Positions 25,585 through 35,496 of a stretch of DNA of 42,764 nucleotides are shown in pieces (within the stretch, counting starts at the first letter, position 1; each line of letters begins with the position of its first letter). This stretch comes from Acutalibacteraceae bacterium. Lineage in GTDB: Bacteria; Bacillota; Clostridia; Oscillospirales; Acutalibacteraceae. The stretch is taken from positions 1 to 42,764 of the forward strand of contig JBJFHW010000232.1 of assembly GCA_051893965.1 (NCBI GenBank), given 5' to 3'. Position numbers and translations under genes: made by a program. The notes under the pieces are model-generated. The model ran no database searches, was not told where the DNA came from, and saw nothing but the letters and a program-made list of their open reading frames with translations.

Positions 25585-26495
25585 GAGTTACATTCCCTAT
25601 TATAAATTTCCTGTGCTTTTTCGGCATCGTTTGCCATCGCCTGAGCCAGCTGATTGAATGACGAAAACTTCTTTTCGTCACGAATAAAATCAAGCAAAAA
25701 AACTTCAATCTTTTCGCCGTATAAATCACCGGAAAAGCCGATAATAAATGTTTCACTGCGAAGACTTTCCGTTCCCACAGTCGGACGGATTCCGATGTTG
25801 GTAACCGCCGGATACCACTGCGAGCCGAGCATCACCTTGGAAGCATAAACACCGTGCCTCGCCGTGACAAAATCATCCGGGAAAAACTGATTGATTGTCG
25901 GAAAGCCCAACAGTCGGCCACGTTCGTCGCCTCTTACGACTTCAAATTGATAAGAAAATTCTCTTCCGAGCATCTGATTTGCTTTTTTTATGCCGCCGCT
26001 TTCAATGGCAAGCCGGATTCTTGTTGAGCTGACGGCTTCGCCTTCAAAATCAACTTCATCAAGCGTGAACAGCTTAATGCCGAGCTTGTCACAGCTTTTT
26101 TTCAGCGTTTCAATGTTTCCTGCCGCATTTTTTCCGTAGTGATAATTAAACCCGCAGCAAATGGCTCTGACATTCATTTTGCAATAAACCTTGAGCACAA
26201 ATTCCTCCGGAGATAGATTTCTGAACTTCTCAAAGCGCACTTTGATAATCCGCAAAGACATGGACCGGAGTTTTTTGTCTCTTGCCTCATCTGTCAGCAG
26301 TCTCGGCGGTCTTTTTGAATCAATAACCGACTTCGGGTGCTCGTCAAAAAGCATGACAGCCGGAACCAGTCCGTTTTCTTTGGAAACTTCAAGCGCTTTT
26401 TTAAGCACTTTCATGTGTCCGAGATGAAGTCCGTCAAAATTACCCAGGGCAAGAACAGTATTTTCACTTTCATTAAAACTTTCAAAAGCAAACAC
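25581..26495 (-). CDS. ribF: bifunctional riboflavin kinase / FMN adenylyltransferase
   Basis: GNFDGLHLGH nucleotidyltransferase motif and a C-terminal riboflavin kinase domain (GFPTIN, PAVTNIG). The ORF-track TTG at 26516 contains the RBS AAGGGAGG, so the start was moved to the GTG at 26495. Confidence 0.9.
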   Translation of the reverse strand: MFAFESFNESENTVLALGNFDGLHLGHMKVLKKALEVSKENGLVPAVMLFDEHPKSVIDSKRPPRLLTDEARDKKLRSMSLRIIKVRFEKFRNLSPEEFVLKVYCKMNVRAICCGFNYHYGKNAAGNIETLKKSCDKLGIKLFTLDEVDFEGEAVSSTRIRLAIESGGIKKANQMLGREFSYQFEVVRGDERGRLLGFPTINQFFPDDFVTARHGVYASKVMLGSQWYPAVTNIGIRPTVGTESLRSETFIIGFSGDLYGEKIEVFLLDFIRDEKKFSSFNQLAQAMANDAEKAQEIYNRECNS

Positions 26496-26539
26496 TTTCG
26501 TGCCTCCCTTTAACAAAATCGTCTTATATAATTAAAACT

Positions 26540-27439
26540 CTATCTTTCAACATAAACCCGTTTGACTTTCAGCACGCCGTCCGAAGAACATTTTTCTCCG
26601 ACGCCCAGAAAGTCACCGTTCGGGGAATAAACGTTATAATATCCGTCGTCTTTTGTTTGGCGTACTCTTTTTAAATCAAGCTCACCGCCGTTTGAAAACC
26701 GCTTGGACTGCGCGTCGCTTACGGTTACCGGCGGATAAGCAATCACACTGTCAACTTTAACAAGAGCGTCAGCAAGATTGTCGTTTTCTTTCATTTTTTC
26801 AAGCTGCTCAAAATCAAAACAGTCTGCAATGTCAACACCGTTTGCGCTTGTTCTTTCAAGAGCCGTCATAACCGCTCCGCAACCCAACACTTCTCCGATG
26901 TCGGAAATGAGCGTTCTTATGTAGGTGCCCGAGGAGCACGAAACATCAATGGTATATTCTGCGCGTTCCTCGTCAGAACCACGAAGCGAAAGCGAATAAA
27001 TGCTGACCTTTCGCTCTTTTCTTTCCACCTCAATACCCTGCCTTGCAAGGTCATAAAGCCGGACGCCGTTTTGCTTGATTGCCGAATACATCGGCGGAAT
27101 CTGAGAGATTTCGCCTTTATACGAAGAAAACGCTTTTTCAACATCGCTTTTTTTGACGTTTACGCTCTTTTCACAAAGCACTTTTCCGGTAATGTCAAGC
27201 GTATCGGTTGTTTTTCCCAGAACAAAAGTGGCTCTGTATGACTTATCGTGATTTTCAATCAGCTCAATAAATCTTGTTGCGCCGCCTAAAGCAACCGGCA
27301 AAACACCCGTCGCCATCGGGTCAAGCGTACCTGTGTGGCCGGTTTTCTTTTCGCCGAAAATTCTGCGTATTTTTGCCGCAGCCGCAAAAGAGGTGATGCC
27401 CTGCGGTTTTTTGACAAAAACAAAACCGGTCATAATCAT
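26540..27439 (-). CDS. truB: tRNA pseudouridine(55) synthase
   Basis: KPQGITS, HTGTLDPMATGVLPV (catalytic Asp) and a PUA-like C-terminus. The start is uncertain (27481 GTG, 27439 ATG or 27433 ATG). Confidence 0.88.
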   Translation of the reverse strand: MIMTGFVFVKKPQGITSFAAAAKIRRIFGEKKTGHTGTLDPMATGVLPVALGGATRFIELIENHDKSYRATFVLGKTTDTLDITGKVLCEKSVNVKKSDVEKAFSSYKGEISQIPPMYSAIKQNGVRLYDLARQGIEVERKERKVSIYSLSLRGSDEERAEYTIDVSCSSGTYIRTLISDIGEVLGCGAVMTALERTSANGVDIADCFDFEQLEKMKENDNLADALVKVDSVIAYPPVTVSDAQSKRFSNGGELDLKRVRQTKDDGYYNVYSPNGDFLGVGEKCSSDGVLKVKRVYVER

Positions 27440-27524
27440 TGCCGCACGAACAAAGTACAAAGCCGAAAATTGAAATTTCACAGCTTTGGCTGTTCGTTCC
27501 TTTCTTATTTTATAAATAAAGTTG

Positions 27525-28472
27525 TTAAATAATCTTACTGATTTCTTCTTTTAATCTGCTTTTTGCTTCTTCCAAAGAGCAGTCAAAGCTGCAGCCGGAA
27601 GCATTTTTGTGTCCGCCGCCGCCGAACTTTGCGCAAAGCGCCGAAGCGTCAATATTACCCGTTGTACGAACGGAGGCTTTGAAGATTCCGTCGTCTTTTT
27701 CTTTGAGCGTAACACCGATTTTCACGCCCTCAATTTGCTTGGAAAGCGCAACAATGCAGTCAAAATCGGATTCCTCACAGCCGGTCTGCTGTGCCATCTG
27801 CTTTGTGATGACAAAAAAGCATACCTTGCCGTCAAAGCAAAGCTCCATGCTGTCAAGGCAAAGTCTTTCCAGTTCAAGGCAGCTTTTTTTCTTGGTTTCA
27901 AACATCACGGTGTTAATCCTGCTATGATCTGCGCCTTGTTCAATCAGGCTTGCCGCAATGCGGTGCGTTCTCGGCGTAACATTGGAATAACGAAAACATC
28001 CCGTATCGGTTGAACAGCCCGTATAAAGACAGTTCGCAATGTCTGCATCCATTTCGGCGCCCAAAGCTTCAATCATATTGAAGATGATTTCACAAGCCGA
28101 AGCGCTGTCGCCCTCAACATAGCTTTCTTTTGCAAAAAGCCGGTTCGATTTGTGGTGGTCAATGGCAAGATCAATTCGGTCTGCATATTTTTCTTCGATG
28201 TTTTTTCCGAGAAGCTTTGTGTCTGCAACGTCAACGCTCACAATAAACTGTGCTTCAAAATCGCAGGGCTTTCCAAGCGAAGTGATGTAATCAAACTGCT
28301 TCGGGAAAGCGTCATTATTGATCACCGCCGCATTTTTGCCCAATTTTTTAAGCGCAAGCATCAGCGCAAAGCTTCCTCCGATGGTGTCTCCGTCGGGTGA
28401 CGCATGAGACAAAATCAGAAAATTATCGTTCTGCAAAAGGCGCGAAACCGCCGTTTTAAAATCAATCATCAT
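27525..28472 (-). CDS. nrnA: DHH/DHHA1 phosphoesterase, NrnA-type oligoribonuclease / pAp phosphatase
   Basis: Motifs SHASPDGDTIGG, DHH and GGGH. ORF trimmed to the ATG at 28472, which overlaps the rbfA stop. Confidence 0.85.
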   Translation of the reverse strand: MMIDFKTAVSRLLQNDNFLILSHASPDGDTIGGSFALMLALKKLGKNAAVINNDAFPKQFDYITSLGKPCDFEAQFIVSVDVADTKLLGKNIEEKYADRIDLAIDHHKSNRLFAKESYVEGDSASACEIIFNMIEALGAEMDADIANCLYTGCSTDTGCFRYSNVTPRTHRIAASLIEQGADHSRINTVMFETKKKSCLELERLCLDSMELCFDGKVCFFVITKQMAQQTGCEESDFDCIVALSKQIEGVKIGVTLKEKDDGIFKASVRTTGNIDASALCAKFGGGGHKNASGCSFDCSLEEAKSRLKEEISKII

Positions 28473-28833
28473 TTTCGTTTTTGTTTCCTTTATGTTCGGC
28501 GTCTGAAAGCTTTTTGAAAATATCAAAGCCTCTTTCCACCGAATCGTCTGCAATAAATTTCAGTTCGGGCGTTTTTCTCAGGTGGAGCCTTGAGCCGACC
28601 TCACGCCGGATATATCCCGTTGCCGCAGTCAAGGCCTTGACCGCTTCTTTTGCGCCGTCAATCCCTTTGATGTCGCTGATATAAACTTTAGCAAAAGAAG
28701 CGTCCGAACTGACTTCAACTCTGACAACCGTGAGCATTTTATCTTTGACCCGCGGGTCTTTCAGCTCACGGATAATTGCTGTAATTTCTCTGCGTATGTC
28801 CTCTGACACACGGCTTACTCTGTAACTTGGCAT
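28462..28833 (-). CDS. rbfA: ribosome-binding factor A
   Basis: About 123 aa with an RbfA-like N-terminus RVSRVSEDIRREI, located directly after infB. Start set to the ATG at 28833 (the ORF-track GTG is at 28842). Confidence 0.88.
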   Translation of the reverse strand: MPSYRVSRVSEDIRREITAIIRELKDPRVKDKMLTVVRVEVSSDASFAKVYISDIKGIDGAKEAVKALTAATGYIRREVGSRLHLRKTPELKFIADDSVERGFDIFKKLSDAEHKGNKNENDD

Positions 28834-28863
28834 AGATAACACCCCGTTTTAGTTTATGGCGGT

Positions 28864-31389
28864 TCAGTCTCTGTATTCTTCCATCATAAACGCTTCAAAG
28901 ATGTCGCCTTCCTTAAAGTCGTTGAACTTTGCAAGACCGATTCCGCATTCAAAGCCCGTTGCCACTTCTTTCACATCGTCTTTCATTCTGCGAAGAGATG
29001 AAATTTCATCTTCTGAAATAACAATACCATCGCGGACAACGCGGATTTGTGCGTTTCTTGTAACCTTACCCTCAAGAACATAGCTGCCTGCAATTTTGCC
29101 GACATTTGAAATGTTGAATACGCTTCGAACTTCAATTCTTCCGAGGCTGACTTCTCTGAACTTGGGCGCAAGCATACCTTTCATGGCGGCCTGAACTTCT
29201 TCAATGCAGTCATAAATAACACGGTACATTCTCATTTCAACGCCGTCACGCTCTGCCGAAACCTGCGCATTGGGATCGGGACGGACATTGAAGCCGACAA
29301 TGATTGCATTGGACGCGTTTGCAAGCATAACGTCCGAATCGTTGATGGCGCCGACGCCGCCGAGAATAACCTTAACACGGACTTCATCGTTAGAAAGCTT
29401 TTCAAGGTTCTGCGTAACCGCTTCCACACTGCCCTGAACATCGGCTTTGACAATGATGTTGAGTTCTTTGATTTCGCCCTCTTTGATCGAATCGAAAAGG
29501 TTATCAAATGTAACTTTATGGAAAGCCTTGAACTGTTCTTCTTTGGCTTTTTGTTTTCTCTGTTCAACAAGCTCACGGGCAAGCTTTTCGTCCGCAACCG
29601 CGTCAAACTGATCGCCTGCATTCGGCGTTTCCGCAAGACCCATCACTTCAACCGGAACAGACGGACCGGCTTCTTTCAGTCGTCTGCCTTTTTCGTTTAC
29701 CATCACACGGACACGTCCGACGGAAGAACCGGCAACAATGATGTCGCCCGCATGAAGCGTTCCGTTCTGAACAAGAAGTGTTGCAATCGGGCCTCTGCCC
29801 TTGTCAAGTCTTGCTTCAATAACAACGCCCTTTGCGGCTCTGTTCGGATTGGCTTTCAGGTCGGAAACCTCGGCAACAAGAAGAATGGATTCAAGCAAAT
29901 CGTCAATACCCATCTGCGTTTTTGCCGAAACGGGAACGCAGATTGTGTCGCCGCCCCATTCTTCGGGAACAAGGCTGTATTCGGTCAGCTGCTGTTTGAT
30001 TCTGTCGGGGTTGGCGCCCTCTTTATCCATTTTGTTGATGGCAACAATAATCTGAACACCTGCCGCTTTGGCGTGGCTGATGGCTTCAACCGTCTGCGGC
30101 ATGATACCGTCATCTGCGGCAACAACAAGCACGGCAATGTCCGTTGCCATGGCGCCTCTTGCTCTCATGGAAGTAAAGGCAGCGTGACCCGGTGTGTCAA
30201 GGAAGGTGATCATTTTGTCGCCGACATTGACTCTGTAAGCGCCGATGTGCTGCGTGATTCCGCCAGCTTCGGTTTCCGTGACAGCCGTGTTTCTGATTGC
30301 GTCAAGAATGGAAGTTTTACCGTGGTCAACGTGACCCATAACAACAACAACCGGATCTCTGGGCTGAAGGTCTTCTTCCTTATCCTCGCTGTCATCAATA
30401 ATTCTTTCTTCAATTGTTACAACAACTTCCTTTTCAACCTTTGCACCGAGTTCCGTTGCAACAATTTCAGCTGTTTCAAAGTCGATAACCTGGTTGACCG
30501 TTGCCATAACGCCGAGCGTGAAGAGCTTTTTGATAACCTCCGCGGAAGTCATATGAAGAAGCGCGGCAAGGTCGCCGACGGAAATTTCTTCGGGAACGGT
30601 GATTGTGATTGTTTTCTTGGCTCTTTCGGCGGCAATTCTTTTGAGCCTTTCAGCTTCGGTTTCTCTTTTTGAAGAACGCATACCCTGCTTTCTGTATTGC
30701 TGGGATTTCTGCTTGATCTTCTGTTTGTTGGAGCTTCTGTCCGCTCTTCTGTCTGTCGGAGCAATTTCTTCATAATGCTCGTTATATTTTTCAAGGTCAA
30801 CGTTGCTGCTTCTTGTGTCAACATGACGTCTTTCGCCCTTTGTTCTTGACTGAATGGGCTTAGCGCTGTTTTCCTGCGGTTTTTTCTTCGCAGGTTTCGC
30901 CTGAGCAGCCTTTTCCTCGGTTGCCTTTGACGCCGCTTTTTCGCCGTCTGCTTTCTTCGGTTTTTCGGCTGCAGTTTTTTCCGCAGGCTTCTTCCGGGGC
31001 TGGGCTTTTGCTTCTTCTTTTACTTTTTCAGCCCTTTGCGCCGGCTCTTTCTTCGGCTCTTCTTTGATTTCTTCGGCGGCAGTCTCTTTTGCGGCTGCCT
31101 CTTCTTCCTTTTTCCTTGCGGCAGACTGCGCTTTTTCGGCTTTTCTTCTTTGTTTTTCAGCCTGTCTTTCTTTCATGATTCTTTTTGCCTGGGCAACATA
31201 TGAATCAAAATTCTTAACCGCCGTTTTTTGCGTGATTGCTTCAAAGAAAAGGTTGGTTTCATGGTCTGTCAGAACCGTTGAAGATTTTCTCTCCTTGGGC
31301 GCAACTTCCCCCAGAATTTCTGTTACATCCTTGCTTTGAAGACCGAAATCCTTTGCTATTTCGTGAACTTTATATTTCTCTTTTGGCAT
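28864..31389 (-). CDS. infB: translation initiation factor IF-2
   Basis: GTPase motifs [13 protein letters not shown] and NKMD, with a Lys/Glu/Ala-rich N-terminal region. ORF trimmed to the ATG at 31389, which has a GAAAGGA RBS ([13 protein letters not shown]). Confidence 0.95.
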   Translation of the reverse strand: MPKEKYKVHEIAKDFGLQSKDVTEILGEVAPKERKSSTVLTDHETNLFFEAITQKTAVKNFDSYVAQAKRIMKERQAEKQRRKAEKAQSAARKKEEEAAAKETAAEEIKEEPKKEPAQRAEKVKEEAKAQPRKKPAEKTAAEKPKKADGEKAASKATEEKAAQAKPAKKKPQENSAKPIQSRTKGERRHVDTRSSNVDLEKYNEHYEEIAPTDRRADRSSNKQKIKQKSQQYRKQGMRSSKRETEAERLKRIAAERAKKTITITVPEEISVGDLAALLHMTSAEVIKKLFTLGVMATVNQVIDFETAEIVATELGAKVEKEVVVTIEERIIDDSEDKEEDLQPRDPVVVVMGHVDHGKTSILDAIRNTAVTETEAGGITQHIGAYRVNVGDKMITFLDTPGHAAFTSMRARGAMATDIAVLVVAADDGIMPQTVEAISHAKAAGVQIIVAINKMDKEGANPDRIKQQLTEYSLVPEEWGGDTICVPVSAKTQMGIDDLLESILLVAEVSDLKANPNRAAKGVVIEARLDKGRGPIATLLVQNGTLHAGDIIVAGSSVGRVRVMVNEKGRRLKEAGPSVPVEVMGLAETPNAGDQFDAVADEKLARELVEQRKQKAKEEQFKAFHKVTFDNLFDSIKEGEIKELNIIVKADVQGSVEAVTQNLEKLSNDEVRVKVILGGVGAINDSDVMLANASNAIIVGFNVRPDPNAQVSAERDGVEMRMYRVIYDCIEEVQAAMKGMLAPKFREVSLGRIEVRSVFNISNVGKIAGSYVLEGKVTRNAQIRVVRDGIVISEDEISSLRRMKDDVKEVATGFECGIGLAKFNDFKEGDIFEAFMMEEYRD

Positions 31390-31483
31390 AGTATCAATCC
31401 TTTCACTGCTCAAAAGCATATGTATTGCGGCTTTTCTGTTCACCGCAGGGTTCATGGTTGAGTATTTATTTTATGGGTTTCTT

Positions 31484-31789
31484 TCAGCTTAAAAGAGACT
31501 CGATTTTTTTGGCAAAGCCCTCGTCATCAACCGTAACAACGGCAGCCTTGATTCCGATGGCCTTTGAAAGCTCTTTCATTTCAAAACTGCATTCGGCGAA
31601 TGCTATATTTTTGTTTTCAAAACGGCAGGCATGTGAAAATTCATTTTTCAGCCTCTGAGAAGCATCGTTGCAAATGATGCAAAGCTTTGCTTTGTTTCTG
31701 ACAATGCTTCCGATTGCCGCATCGTGTCCGGTGCTGAGCATGCCTGCTCTTCTTGCAAGACCGAGGAGGGAAAGAATTTTATTGTTCAC
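31484..31789 (-). CDS. ylxQ: L7Ae/L30e family RNA-binding protein (YlxQ)
   Basis: 101 aa, with position between ylxR and infB conserved in Firmicutes. GTG start with an AGGAGA RBS. Confidence 0.8.
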   Translation of the reverse strand: MNNKILSLLGLARRAGMLSTGHDAAIGSIVRNKAKLCIICNDASQRLKNEFSHACRFENKNIAFAECSFEMKELSKAIGIKAAVVTVDDEGFAKKIESLLS

Positions 31790-32072
31790 TGTCTTTCATC
31801 TCCTGCTCCATTCGGTCATAAACCTCGTCGGGTATTGAGCATTCAAGTGCTCTTTCAAAGCGTTTGGCTTTTCTTGCAATTTTAAGGCACTGTGTTCTTT
31901 TGCAGACATAAGCGCCGCGCCCGGATTTTTTGCCTGTCAGGTCAAGGGAGATTTCATAATCGTCTTCGCTCTGACCTTTGGTTTTCACAACTCTGACAAG
32001 CTCTTTTTTCGGGAACATCTGCATGCAGCCCATACATTTTCGCATCGGAATTTTCTTTTGCGTCATTGGCAT
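31779..32072 (-). CDS. ylxR: YlxR/DUF448 family RNA-binding protein (RnpM)
   Basis: 97 aa with RKCMGC...ELVRVV and GRGAYVC motifs, immediately downstream of nusA. Confidence 0.85.
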   Translation of the reverse strand: MPMTQKKIPMRKCMGCMQMFPKKELVRVVKTKGQSEDDYEISLDLTGKKSGRGAYVCKRTQCLKIARKAKRFERALECSIPDEVYDRMEQEMKDSEQ

Positions 32073-32138
32073 ACCCGCTCCTTTCCTGAGATATAAAAGT
32101 ATAATAAACCGTTTCGCCTTGTCTGACGCCCGAATGAA

Positions 32139-33692
32139 TTATTCTGCGTCGTCAGCCTTAATGTCAATTTTCCAGCCGGTGAGTTTTGCGGCAAGGCGAA
32201 CATTCTGACCTTTGTTGCCGATGGCAAGAGAAAGCTGATCGGCAGGCACCGTTACATGGCACATTTTTTTAGATGCTGAACTTTCGCTGTCAATTTCAAC
32301 GCTTGTCACCTTAGCGGGAGCAAGAGCGGCGGAAATATATTCTTCGGGATTTTCGCTGTAACGGATAATATCAATTTTTTCGCCGCAAAGCGCGTCAATG
32401 ACAACGTTCACTCTCTGACCTCTCGGTCCGATGCAGGCGCCGACGGGATCCACATTTTCATCGTTACTGCTGACGGCAATTTTTGTTCTTGAACCGGGCT
32501 CGCGCGCTGTGGAAACAATTTCAACCGTTCCGTCTGAAATTTCGGTAACTTCCATTTCAAACAGTCTTCTGACAAGACCGGGTTCTTTTCTTGAAATGTT
32601 TGCAAAGCTTGCTTCGCTTTCGCCCTCGCTCTTGGTGACGGAAACAAAAACTTTAATTTCCTGTCCGACTTCAAGCTTTTCGCCCGGAATCTGGTCTGCT
32701 TTGAAAAGGGTAAGCGAACTGTTTTTGCCGATTGAAATTCTTGCATCGCCCGTTTCGGGGTTGACATCAACAACCGTTGCTCTGACAACTTCCTTGTCTT
32801 TTTCAAGAACATCTTTCTTATATTTTCTCTTTTCCTCTTCGCTGATGCCCTGTCTGATAATACCCTTGACATTCATCGCAAAAAGTCTGCCGAGCGTTTT
32901 CGGGTCAAGGTCAATTTCAACATAACCGCCCAGAACGGCGTTACCGTATTTTGACGCCTGTTCAACCGTCATTTCACAGCTGGGGTTGTAAACCTCCTCA
33001 ACAACATGCATCTTGCGGTAAATTCTTACCGTGCGAAACTCCGTGTTGATGTCACAGCAAACGCTTTCTTCTTCTTTTTCTTCTTCAACGGTGTTATTTT
33101 CACGCTCGATTGCCTCATAGACCTCATCGGGATCTCCGCCTGCCTCAATGGCTGCGTTCGCCTTTTCGGCAAGCATTTTTCTTCTTTTGGCACGCTTTTT
33201 CGCTTCCGCCTGCTTTCTTGCTTCTGCGTCCTGTCTTTTGCCTGCTTTGATAACGGATTCTTTGATCTGATCGAAAATAAATTCAATCGGAATATCCTTA
33301 TCCTTGGCAAGAAGCTCAACGGCTGCAAAAAACTCTCTGTTTTTCAGTTCTGCCGCAATTGAACTTTTATCAATCAGACTGATAATTTTTGCAATTCTCT
33401 TCGGATCATATTCAACTTCTGCGATGTTACCGTCGATTTTCGCAGAAGCTTCTTTCGCCTGTTCTTCGGTAATCTGCGATGTCGGATTGGTAACCTCGTC
33501 AACGATATCCATTTTTCTGTAAATAAAAGCTTCGTTTGAATCTGTGTTGAGAGCGCAGAAGAGATTATCGGTTCTTTCACCGGGCAATGCGACTGATTTA
33601 ACTTTTGTAAGCGCCCATTCAAGCACAACATCAATATTTGCATTATTTTTTTCTGCAATACGGTTCAGATCCTTGTATAACTTGTTGCTCAT
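32139..33692 (-). CDS. nusA: transcription termination/antitermination factor NusA (with duplicated N-terminal domain)
   Basis: S1 and two KH domains in the C-terminal half (GACIGPRGQRV, AIGNKGQNVRLA). 517 aa rather than about 350-400, because of an extra NTD-like copy and a charged insert. Confidence 0.92.
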   Translation of the reverse strand: MSNKLYKDLNRIAEKNNANIDVVLEWALTKVKSVALPGERTDNLFCALNTDSNEAFIYRKMDIVDEVTNPTSQITEEQAKEASAKIDGNIAEVEYDPKRIAKIISLIDKSSIAAELKNREFFAAVELLAKDKDIPIEFIFDQIKESVIKAGKRQDAEARKQAEAKKRAKRRKMLAEKANAAIEAGGDPDEVYEAIERENNTVEEEKEEESVCCDINTEFRTVRIYRKMHVVEEVYNPSCEMTVEQASKYGNAVLGGYVEIDLDPKTLGRLFAMNVKGIIRQGISEEEKRKYKKDVLEKDKEVVRATVVDVNPETGDARISIGKNSSLTLFKADQIPGEKLEVGQEIKVFVSVTKSEGESEASFANISRKEPGLVRRLFEMEVTEISDGTVEIVSTAREPGSRTKIAVSSNDENVDPVGACIGPRGQRVNVVIDALCGEKIDIIRYSENPEEYISAALAPAKVTSVEIDSESSASKKMCHVTVPADQLSLAIGNKGQNVRLAAKLTGWKIDIKADDAE

Positions 33693-33734
33693 TTTTTGTG
33701 TATCTTCCTTTCAGTTATTATATATTAATTTTAC

Positions 33735-34202
33735 TTAATCAAAATCATCAAGTTTTATCCAAGATGTTTCTTTTTTTGTAAAGGTAAATCCCGAACCGTC
33801 CCCGGTTCTCAACGTGATGTTTCCGTCGTCGAAGCTTTCAAGAATTCCTTTAAATTCCCTTTTGCCGTCAATGGGTCTTATCATCTTTACCATGATTTTT
33901 GCGCCGACATATTTTTCAAAATGCTCGGGTCTGATCAGTTCCCTTTCCACGCCGGGAGAACTGACCTCAAGGCAATATGCCTGTTCAATCGGATCTGCCT
34001 TGTCAAGCGGCTCATTGATTGCGTGCGTAAGATCAACGCAGTCATCAATGGAAACACCACCGTCCTTGTCGATGAATATGCGCAGATACCACTGCGAACC
34101 CTCTTTTAAAAAACGAATGTCCCAGATTTCAAGCCCAAGCTGTGAAGCAATCGGTTCAACAATGCTTCGCACTGCGGCAACCGTGTTTCCGCCTTTTGCC
34201 AT
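33735..34202 (-). CDS. rimP: ribosome maturation factor RimP
   Basis: ORF trimmed to the ATG at 34202, which has a GGGAGG RBS. 155 aa, with a RimP-like LEVSSPGVEREL motif, upstream of nusA. Confidence 0.88.
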   Translation of the reverse strand: MAKGGNTVAAVRSIVEPIASQLGLEIWDIRFLKEGSQWYLRIFIDKDGGVSIDDCVDLTHAINEPLDKADPIEQAYCLEVSSPGVERELIRPEHFEKYVGAKIMVKMIRPIDGKREFKGILESFDDGNITLRTGDGSGFTFTKKETSWIKLDDFD

Positions 34203-34287
34203 AAAATACCTCCCAATCTGTCCTTTACAATAAAGAAGAGCGGACTTTGGAAAGCCCACTCTGCAAAATACATTACGGATTATTTGT

Positions 34288-34316
34288 ATTATAACACATA
34301 AAAACTGAAATATCAA
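34288..34316 (-). promoter_or_regulatory. sigma-A promoter (TTGATA-N17-TGtTATAAT) of the rimP-nusA-infB operon
   Basis: On the minus strand, the -35 element is at 34316-34311 and the -10 at 34293-34288, with a 17-nt spacer and an extended -10. Confidence 0.6.
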
Positions 34317-34349
34317 GGGGTTTGACACAAAATGTTTTTGGTGAAAATT

Positions 34350-35360
34350 TTATTTTTCACTGCCGTTGTTTTTTGCTTTTTCATTATAAACCGTTTTATA
34401 AATTTCTTTCAGGCGGCTTTCGTCTTTTTTGATTTTCAGCTTTTCGGCGGTCTTGGCAATTTTCTTTTCAACCGCCGGCATTTTCATTTCGGAAAGCACC
34501 TCGCTTCTGTATTCTTCAAAAGCGTCATCATCGTTTCTTGCAATTGTGCAGCGCTCAACCACATAAATGCTTGAGCCGGAAATGACCGGCGCCGCCCTGC
34601 CGTGAGAGATGGTCAGCACCTTTTCAAAAAAGTCATCGGCATACATCGGGTCGCCGTCTTTTGTGAGCGTCACTTCAATGCTGCTTGTTGCAACAAGGTT
34701 TTGCTTTTTGCAATAGGAGGCATAAACCGTATCGATTGATGTTCCGCTATCGACCTTGTTTGCCATGGCACGAAATTCTTCGGTCAGCTTTTCTTTTTCC
34801 GAAGCTGTCATCTCAACAGTTTCTCCCTTGGCGTTGACCTTTGTGAAGGTTCCCTCAAAGGCCTTGAAACCGATATACATTTCAACAAATTTCTGCTTTA
34901 AGTCATCATCGGAAACCGGCTTTTTGCCGTTTTTGCCGTAATAATATTCCAGAAGCTGATTTTTCATCTGCTCATTTTCCGTAATTTCGGTGATGTCGGG
35001 CTTTGTGATGCCGATTGATTGATAATAATCAGAATATAGGCTCCACAGGTTTTCGGTCTGCTGTGCTTTCTCGCTCTTATATTGCTGCTCAAAAACCAGG
35101 CTTTCTTCGTCCATAATATTCTTGCAGGCAACCTTTTGCGCACAAAGCGAAACCGCCGCGGAAATACAGTCTTCTTCGCTGTCGGTCTTGACGCCGTAAG
35201 TCTTTTTGTCGGCAAGCACTCTGTCAAGATAATAGACAAAAACACCGTCCGAGATAATTTTACCGTCAATTTCAAGGCAGTTTGTCTGCGTTTTTGAACA
35301 GGAAGCAAGGCAAATCAAAATGCCGAACAACGCCAGAAGCCCAATAAATTTCTTTTTCAT
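34350..35360 (-). CDS. lipoprotein, possibly SurA/PrsA-like chaperone (function uncertain)
   Basis: ORF trimmed to the ATG at 35360, which has a GGAAAGGGA RBS. Lipobox LASC after the signal peptide MKKKFIGLLALFGILICLASC. No clear parvulin signature seen. Confidence 0.6.
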   Translation of the reverse strand: MKKKFIGLLALFGILICLASCSKTQTNCLEIDGKIISDGVFVYYLDRVLADKKTYGVKTDSEEDCISAAVSLCAQKVACKNIMDEESLVFEQQYKSEKAQQTENLWSLYSDYYQSIGITKPDITEITENEQMKNQLLEYYYGKNGKKPVSDDDLKQKFVEMYIGFKAFEGTFTKVNAKGETVEMTASEKEKLTEEFRAMANKVDSGTSIDTVYASYCKKQNLVATSSIEVTLTKDGDPMYADDFFEKVLTISHGRAAPVISGSSIYVVERCTIARNDDDAFEEYRSEVLSEMKMPAVEKKIAKTAEKLKIKKDESRLKEIYKTVYNEKAKNNGSEK

Positions 35361-35417
35361 AAAGAAAATCCCTTTCCATATAGTATCCTTGCTTATTATA
35401 CACACTTTGAAAGGAAA

Positions 35418-35446
35418 TTGCAAACTGCACGATATACAGTTATAAT
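35418..35446 (+). promoter_or_regulatory. sigma-A promoter (TTGCAA-N17-TATAAT) upstream of ABC transporter genes
   Basis: Hexamers at 35418-35423 and 35441-35446 with a 17-nt spacer. Confidence 0.5.
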
Positions 35447-35465
35447 AAGTTTGCACTGTGTGACA

Positions 35466-35496
35466 GAATTGTAATGAAAAAGTCACCGAATTGTAA
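35466..35496 (+). promoter_or_regulatory. direct repeat pair GAATTGTAA-N13-GAATTGTAA (candidate response-regulator site)
   Basis: Identical 9-mers at 35466-35474 and 35488-35496, 22 bp start to start. They lie just upstream of a second extended -10 (TGtTATGAT, 35505-35513). Confidence 0.35.

Noticed and set aside
29518-30672. 384-aa plus-strand ORF
   Set aside because: It lies entirely antisense to the strongly supported infB gene. Its composition is low-complexity (Asn/Phe/Cys-rich), and it has no RBS and no recognisable motif. This is a typical shadow ORF.
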